Assembly: GCA_002633005.1 (NCBI GenBank)
Contig: NMRA01000503.1
Coordinates: 255,969-319,968, forward strand
DNA: 64,000 nt
From: Phoronis australis
Taxonomy: Eukaryota; Animalia; Phoronida
Direction of reading: 5' to 3'
Positions 56,601 to 64,000 of this stretch are shown here, piece by piece; position 1 is the first letter of the stretch; the number at the start of each line of letters is the position of its first letter. A model generated the notes under the pieces. That model was given only the letters and a program-made list of their open reading frames with translations, made no database searches and had not been told where the DNA came from. The position numbers and the translations under genes were made by a program.

Positions 56601-59497
56601 ACAAGACATCTAAAAAACAACATTTCTCAGCGAGCAACCGTAAAAAGGTGTTCTTTGAAATAATACGCGATATAACGGAGTCGTTTGCGCTACGCGTCTT
56701 CAAATTGCCACACATAATCAAAACCCACGGCGTGCCAGATACTTTGAGACAAGGACAATTAATTTATCAAAATTCGACGTTAAAATCCTTTACCAAAATA
56801 GACCTAAACTTATTAATACACAACGATCCAGTGACGCGTGAGTAAGAGTTTTATTAAATTGTTCGGCCACTGAGACAAACGTTTTCCAGAGAAAAATAAG
56901 AAACAATGCCACGACTTAGCTGAACTCCTTCGAAACCAAAATATTCTGAATCTGTTTTCCCATAGTACCGGGTTTGACGTCCTTTTAAGTGGAACTTTGC
57001 GGGCTTTCGAAGTCGCAAAAGTTCCAATTATAGAGCGGCACTCACATAGAGTTCCTAAAATGATCAATCGATTTTGTTACATGAAGCATGGTCAAACATT
57101 CTTCACTCGTACAATAACAGTGAACGAGTGTTCTCCTTGGGCAACTGTTGCAGGTAGTCTACGCTGTGAAAATCCTCTGAGCGATGCAACAGTTTGGGAA
57201 CAGTGCCTCGGCAAGTTTTAGTTCATATATCTTGTTGAGTAGCTGAAGCGGAGACAACTATGAATCCCTTAATCCTCCTTATTGGCTGCAGGTATCACCG
57301 GCGTCAAATGCTGAAGTCCTGTACAAAGTTCTGGGACACAAAACGCTGTTCTTGCAACAGGGCTATTAAGCATATTTTCGAAAATGTGCAAATCTAGGGC
57401 TGGGTATCTCCACAACTCACCAAACACTTCTATAACTGCATGGATGATTCGCAACGTGTGATTAAATTCGCTAAGATATAGTCCATAACACGATAGAACA
57501 CCTGTCTAAATGGGGCTATTCGGAAAATTTACATTAACTAGAAGGCGCGCGTGTACTAGTGGTGATAGATTAACAGCCTCGATTTCGCGAGCCCTTTAAA
57601 TACATGGTGAAATGTCTTGTAGGCGTGCCAACTGAATCTTAGATTGCGTGAAAAGGGTACTTCTATGAGAGAAAGTAAGCACGACCTTTTACAAAGGCTA
57701 GGTTTGTGATTATTCTAACAATTATTCCATGTTTATTCTACTGATGCCTGTTAACTGAGATACTCGCCGATGTCTACTTCACGGCAGTCGCCAGTCGGAT
57801 TAATCTTTGTTTGTTGTGATGCGTGTTACGATACTTGACGTAGCACTCGGGATGTTTTCGTACATCAAAGCAGTATTATTGTTTGGAATGATTTCTAACA
57901 GGTTTATCAGTGACAGTTACATCAATGAATTCTGAATGTTTAACTCAATATTGGTTAGCGGTGAGATTACAATCCAAGCCCAATGCCATGGCAAAGGGTA
58001 CGTAAATATACATTAGACTATTTGTTTACTCCCTATCCTGTGTCTTCCTGAAATTTATTACACGTTGAAATGAAAATCTAGCATGTCCTAGCATGTCTGT
58101 TTTCACGTGACCTTTGGCTTTTAGGTTTGAGGGCTTGTACCGTGCAGAGGAGATCGCTTCTGCATCGACCCTGAATGGACAAAAATTGGTTTTAAGCAGT
58201 TGACTGCAGCTAACCAGCAAGATCTTCCCATCCAGTGTAGATCTGTTGTTAAAGCCTACTTTCTTCATCGGAGACAACAACGAACAAGCTTTGTTACTCC
58301 GGCCCACAGCATTTCCACACACCATTAGTGCTGCATGGCACAATGTACATGTCAGTGGCCCTGGTGAAATGTGAATCGCAGTTACCATAAGACAAGTGTT
58401 GTTTGTGTATGACGAGGGACTATATCTGACTGCTACACAAGTCAGCCTCGTTGATGAGGATGGCCTTTCATAGGCAATAAGTCATGTGTGGACAATAGCT
58501 TATTTCCATTCCTGGAAGAAACATGCTGGATTGAAGCTAAAGAAGACGTAGTGACACTCTGGTCTAGTTCAGGGTCAGATTTGGGGCACAAAACGAGTCA
58601 AGTGATATGCTGTTGTGTTTACCTCCAAGTATCTAATTGAGGCTAAATGAGGTTACCTGGAGGAAACCCACGTGCCAAAACTGGACCTTTTTTACAAGCG
58701 CTTCTATAGGCTATTGAAACTAAATCTCTGTGAAATGAAAACCAAAAGCATCTGGTATAAATACCTGTCCTTTCTCAGTGAGTGACATTAACTTTTCCTT
58801 TCAGAAGAAAGGCTTTATGCTAATAGTAATAACTTTTCAATTTGGTACACATTATGGGGAAATGACATTCAGTGACTGCATCGATTGTCAGTAGAAAGCC
58901 AGTTAATGTTACACTTTGATGATGAATAAAATTTTCATCAACAGGCAAGATTGTCACTAATTATTGAAACCACAATATTTCCTCAGTTTCAAAGCCCCAC
59001 ACAGTGCAGTTGTGCTTATTCTTTATAAAGCTGAAATGATTAGCAATTACGCTTGCGTATTGTCGTTTTCCTCAGTGTTGACCCCTAGAAATGTGCAGCG
59101 ATCAAAATGAAGTATTCCCTTTGTTTGCATTTGATTTGTTTGTGTGTGTAATTATTTTTAGAGCTTTCGTAAGAAGGCCTTTGAACAATTTTAAGTTTTG
59201 TGTTAACTTGTCCACAACAAAAGTTCCACGTGCAAGAAAAGTATGTAAAGAAACAACATTGTTAAAAATAATTGTAATTTTCCCACGAAATGGTGTCCAT
59301 AGTCAGGCATATCAAGGGCTGAATTTCTGAATTATGTTCAATTCTCTCAGGTTAATGCTGAAGGATTGCTTTTCACTTTGTCCAAAGGTAAAATAGACAG
59401 TGAGGCGGCTGGTTTCAGTCGTTTTCTCTTACCTGTAACAGAATAGTTAGAGAAATATTAACAAATTATAAAAGAAAACACTAGACAAAACTACTTA

Positions 59498-62377
59498 AGT
59501 AAGGCAAAACATACTTGACGTTTCATCTTCATGTTAAGGTATGTAGAAACTAATAATCTTTGTACCCAAGTTTTATTTAAGATCTGAATTAAACTATGTG
59601 AAACAGGCTAAAAGTGATTTAGTAATGAGTATTTTTCACGACACCTAAAATGTGCATCTGACCTCAACAAGTAAAATTCATTCTAGGTGTCAATTTTTAT
59701 TCCAATGCAATGTTATGACGTTTACTGAATAGCTCGGCTTATTCATGTTAATTCAGTAACTAATCTGGTAGTCCTGGGGGTGGAGTCTGTCATAAAATAA
59801 GGAAACTCACTCGTCTAGAGAATTTTATTGGACATAGCATAGCTTTGAAGAGAAACTGCTGTGAAAAAGTCACCATTGACTTCTGAGCGTCACGCACCAT
59901 ACACCTCTTATATTGAGCGCATTCCCATCCCTGGAGGCCGGACAATATGTGAATATGTGCTACTAGCCTACCCGGCATCCGAGTCCTGGGTGAGTTTCCG
60001 AAAAGAAACACTTAGTTCCATTCAATAAACCCGTTATTCAGTGAGGTAACTGGTGGGGATAAAATCACCGAACTATGTCGATAGAAACTTGATTGCTAAA
60101 AACTTACCAAGTTACGTTATGTAGTCTCCCAAAGGTGCTTCGGCATCCACACACTTTTTGTCAGTTGGTTGACCCTTTTGACCGCAATGCTCCACAAATG
60201 TAGTAACCTTAGGTCTTTTGGTGATTTGTGGCCACCTGTCGAAGACTTGCACCGGGGAAAATAGCAATAATAAGGCTTTGCACGACGACGTATTTTGATA
60301 ACAATCCGTCTTTTTACCAGTTGTTTACATGCAGACAGCGACGCATGCGCAATTCACCACTAGTACAGCAGCGATACCGCGAGGAGAAATCTCCGAATAG
60401 CCCCATTGGGTGTTTACCCCCGCGTGTTAATCAGAAGCACATCGCAGGTAGTGAAACTACTTGGAAAAATAGTGAAATTTGCAACTTTCACTTTGACTTT
60501 GAGACCAAGCCCTCTTTGAAAGCAAAGTTGCTGAGCATTACAAACAATCATTCACAAAATGTGGCATTGTTGGAAAGGGGAATAACTGAGCTTTCCATTG
60601 ATATGCAACATGGCTTACATAAACCGATCGAAAACACGGACTAGTGAACACTTATTTCCAAAATTTTGTTGAGGTGTTTATTTAATGTGTTGAGAATAAT
60701 TCTGTTTCAGATTGAATTTATTAATCATCATGATCCATGTAACTCTACATATATATTTATATATAGTCACTTTCTCCACCAACTCGTTTGCATGCCATGC
60801 TCAACGAAGCTGAAGGCACGAGCAATGTTCCAGCTGTCTAACGAGGTGAAGAGTTCCTACTTGTCCCTACGCATTTTCGTTAAAACAGGGAATCGTTTCC
60901 AAATATAATATAAAGAAATGTCATTGGTTAAAATAACGTTTTCTAGTTAACAAAGGCACAAAACGCCGACGATTTAGGGAAGTTAGTGGAGTCCCTATTT
61001 TGGAATGTTTCGTGCAAACAACCAGTTGTTCCTCGAAAGTTTTGGTCATGACATCTTATGTACCAAACTGCCTCTGTTCTATGTCTTAAGTCCTTTCACA
61101 AAGAATGAAGTTTGCGTTTTTGGTCTAAAGAGTCAGTTTTGAAGTAGGAGTGGCTCAGCACGGTCTGTTTTTCAGCTTAGTTCAGGCGTTTTATTACATC
61201 ATTATCAGAATTTCCAATGTCAGATGCCGCCTTGCGGATTCGCTAGATGCAGACAAATAGGCCTCGCTACATCGTAGAGACTCACGCCGAGATTTTTACG
61301 CTGTAAATCACCATATAGTTTCAAGGCAAAATGGACAAGGTTCTCTTGAGCTTAAATTTTCATAAAAATACGAATACGTGTCTGCCAGAAGTTGCTGCAA
61401 TAAAGAGCGCACGACGTTCTCATGAACCTATCCAGAGACATTCGCATCACCTATTCAAACCAAGTATTNAGTAAGACAGAACATACTTGACGTTTCATCT
61501 TCATGTTTATATGTAGAAACTAATAATCTTTGTACCCAAGTCTTATTTAAGATCTGAATTAAAATATGTGAAACAGATTTAACAATATGTATTTTTCACG
61601 ACACCTAAAATGTGCATCTGACCTCAACAAGTAAAATTCATTCTAGGTGTTAATTTTTATTCTAATGCAATGTTATGACGTTTACTGAATAGCTCATCGC
61701 CGGGGTTAATTCAGTAACTAATCTGGTAGTCCTGGGGGTGGAGTCCGCCATAAAATAAGGAAACTCACTCGTCTAGAGAATTTTATTGGCCATAGCATAG
61801 CTTTGAAGAGAACCTGCTGTGAAAGTCATCCTTGACTTCTGAGCGTCACGTACCATACACCTCTTATATTGGGCGCATTCCCACCCCTTAGTGGACTCGG
61901 AGGACAATATGTAAATATGTGCTGTGTTAGCCTACCCGGCATCCGAGTCCTGGGTGAGTTTCCGAAAAGAAACACTTAGTTCCATTCAATAAACCCGTTA
62001 TTCAGAGGGGTAATTGGTGGGGATAACATCACCGAACGATGTCGATAGAAACTTGATTGCTAAAAACTTACCATGTTACGTTATGTAGTCTCCCAAAGGG
62101 GCTTCGGCATCCACACACTTTTTGTCAGTTGGTTGACCCTTTTGACCGCAATGCTCCACGAATGTAGTAACCTTAGGTCTTTTGGTAATTTGTGACCACC
62201 TGTCGAAGACTTGCAACAGAGAAAATACCAATAATAAGGCTTTGCGCGACGACGTATTTTGATAACAATCTGTCTTTTTCACCAGCTGTTTAAATGCAGA
62301 CAGCGACGCATGCGCAATTCAATCACCACTAGTACAGCAGCGACACCGCGAGGAGAATTCTCCGAATAACCCCATTG
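59498..62377. repeat. 0.9-kb direct duplication (59498-60408 / 61470-62377), second copy starting right after a single N
   Basis: Colinear copies with SNPs and short indels; N at 61469. Confidence 0.9.
60108..60355 (-). promoter_or_regulatory. Putative non-coding first exon and promoter (second copy at about 62072-62320)
   Basis: Strong minus-strand donor TTG|gtaagt at 60108/60107 and an NRF-1-like CGCATGCGCA motif near 60342 in a CpG-richer patch. Assignment to the ANK-CARD gene is inference from orientation. Confidence 0.35.
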
Positions 62378-62692
62378 TCTCGTCCCCAAAAACTTTCTTT
62401 TCTGCGTCTTTTCTCAGACGGGAATGCCGAATACCTAAAATCTCGGCTACTAGTCTGTTCTTAGTTACGGGCCTTCCAGTTGTATCCGATGTCGTCAACG
62501 AGACTGTTTGTGTTTCTTACTTCAAAATCAGTAAGGTGGCATCATTTGCTTGCCGCATTAAAGTGTTACTCATGTCTTAAAGGCGAAGGCAACCTTTTTC
62601 CATGTCATTTTGAGCTAAAATAAGATTGGTTGGTTATCCTAGACATATTTTCATTTCCATTCTTTGTTCACTTTGTATGCATCCAAGTGACA

Positions 62693-63438
62693 ATTTATGC
62701 TCGGAATATGTCCCGAAAATAATAGGTGCATCGCAAGCTCCGTTTCCAGAGATACAAAGGAGACCGTGTATAGGCGATATAAGGTCATTTATTATGACTG
62801 ATAAGGTACAGAAATATGAGTGTACAAATAAAATAAAGATAAAATAATAATCTCTGGAAAGATGGGCAATAAAAAGCGCCAGCACTCAGGTAAGAGGAAC
62901 TACCCAAAGTAGAGGGTGGTAGAGGGTGGGAAAAATGAAGAGACATTAGCTCGAACCTAAGTGCTGCAAAGCGAAGTACAGATGTCAGGAAATATAACTT
63001 TCTTGAGAACAAAGGAGCCCTATGACACGTGACAATCATCAGCCTATGGGAGCCAGGAGCTGACCAAACTCATGGCAGTAATACAAACGAACCAATAGTG
63101 AGGCTGGAAATGGAATGTCCTAGTGCCTTGAGTGCAGGAGGACCGCATGCGAATCTACACAAGGGATTATTGGACCAGTCCGAAAGATGGGGTTATAAGA
63201 GGGACGAGTCCATATTATCGCATAAATATATTTAACGAGTGAAATATCATTTATGCTCGGAATATATCCCGAAAATAATAGGTGCATCGCAAGCTCCGTT
63301 TCCAGAGATACAAAGGAGACCGTGTATAGGCGATATAAGGTCATTTATTATGACTGATAAGGTACAGAAATATGAGTGTACAAATAACATAAAGATAAAA
63401 TAATAATCTCTGGAAAGATGGGCAATAAAAAGCGACAC
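62693..63438. repeat. About 187-bp direct repeat pair (about 62693-62878 / 63250-63435) flanking about 370 bp
   Basis: atttatgctcggaatat...gggcaataaaaagcg occurs twice, nearly identical. Confidence 0.85.
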
Positions 63439-64000
63439 GAGAGATAATATCATTTTAGTTGTATTTTACTTTGAGTTCCTTGAAGGATTGTCAAGAAATT
63501 TGCAAATGGGTCTATTAAGGGGGCAACGCCCATTTCATGGTTTTGGATGGATTTGGTATATTGTGTGCTACCTAGTGTCCATGTTTTAAAGTTTGACGCC
63601 TGCCTCTGTATCGTCTTAAGCACTTAAAGGTTTGTTATGAAAATTGGCATGTTTGTTTCTACTGGGAATTAAGTGTATGGCTGGCAATGATTTTCAAACA
63701 GATTCGTCTGCTATTGGCCATTAAGAAACTGGCCATTCAGTGGTATCTTGTTTTTCTATATCAACCAGGATGGGGAAAATCAGTGTTGCTGTCCGCATGG
63801 ATGTCATGACAGTTGATCTCCTAGTCTGTTGTACAAGGCAGCTATGGTATTATCAATGCCTTCACAGCAATTAAAACTGGCTGCAATGAATTGAAATGTC
63901 AAGGACAGAAGCTGGTAATTTTAACTTGTCTGGCTTCTCAAATTGAATTCCTCGTAAAAAGTTAGTGGAGAATCCTATTGGCAGAAGAAATAGAATAACA

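Overview
Eukaryotic (metazoan, marine-invertebrate-like) genomic DNA: AT-rich, with spliceosomal introns, many non-autonomous DNA transposons, one N gap and three single-N joins. Four protein-coding genes can be reconstructed from GT-AG splice sites and reading frame. (1) MAPK7/ERK5 (+, 8 coding exons, 4297-19951), whose activation loop reads T-Q-Y instead of T-E-Y. (2) VKORC1-like vitamin K epoxide reductase (-, 3 exons, 23882-26065). (3) A clan-2 cytochrome P450 (-, 5 exons, 32521-37289). (4) An ankyrin-repeat gene (-) whose single 3.16-kb exon (about 28-29 ANK repeats) can splice in frame to a terminal CARD exon at 44340-44641, giving an ANK-CARD protein of about 1153 aa. The ANK-CARD locus is the most interesting part. 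The ANK exon is a symmetric phase 1-1 cassette, both coding exons carry an ATG 2 nt after the acceptor (so a CARD-only isoform is possible), a 38-bp CRE-centred palindrome lies just upstream of the CARD exon, and a recursive-splice-site-like AG|GT motif lies in the putative 5' intron. Two near-identical duplications starting at single Ns are probably uncollapsed haplotypes.
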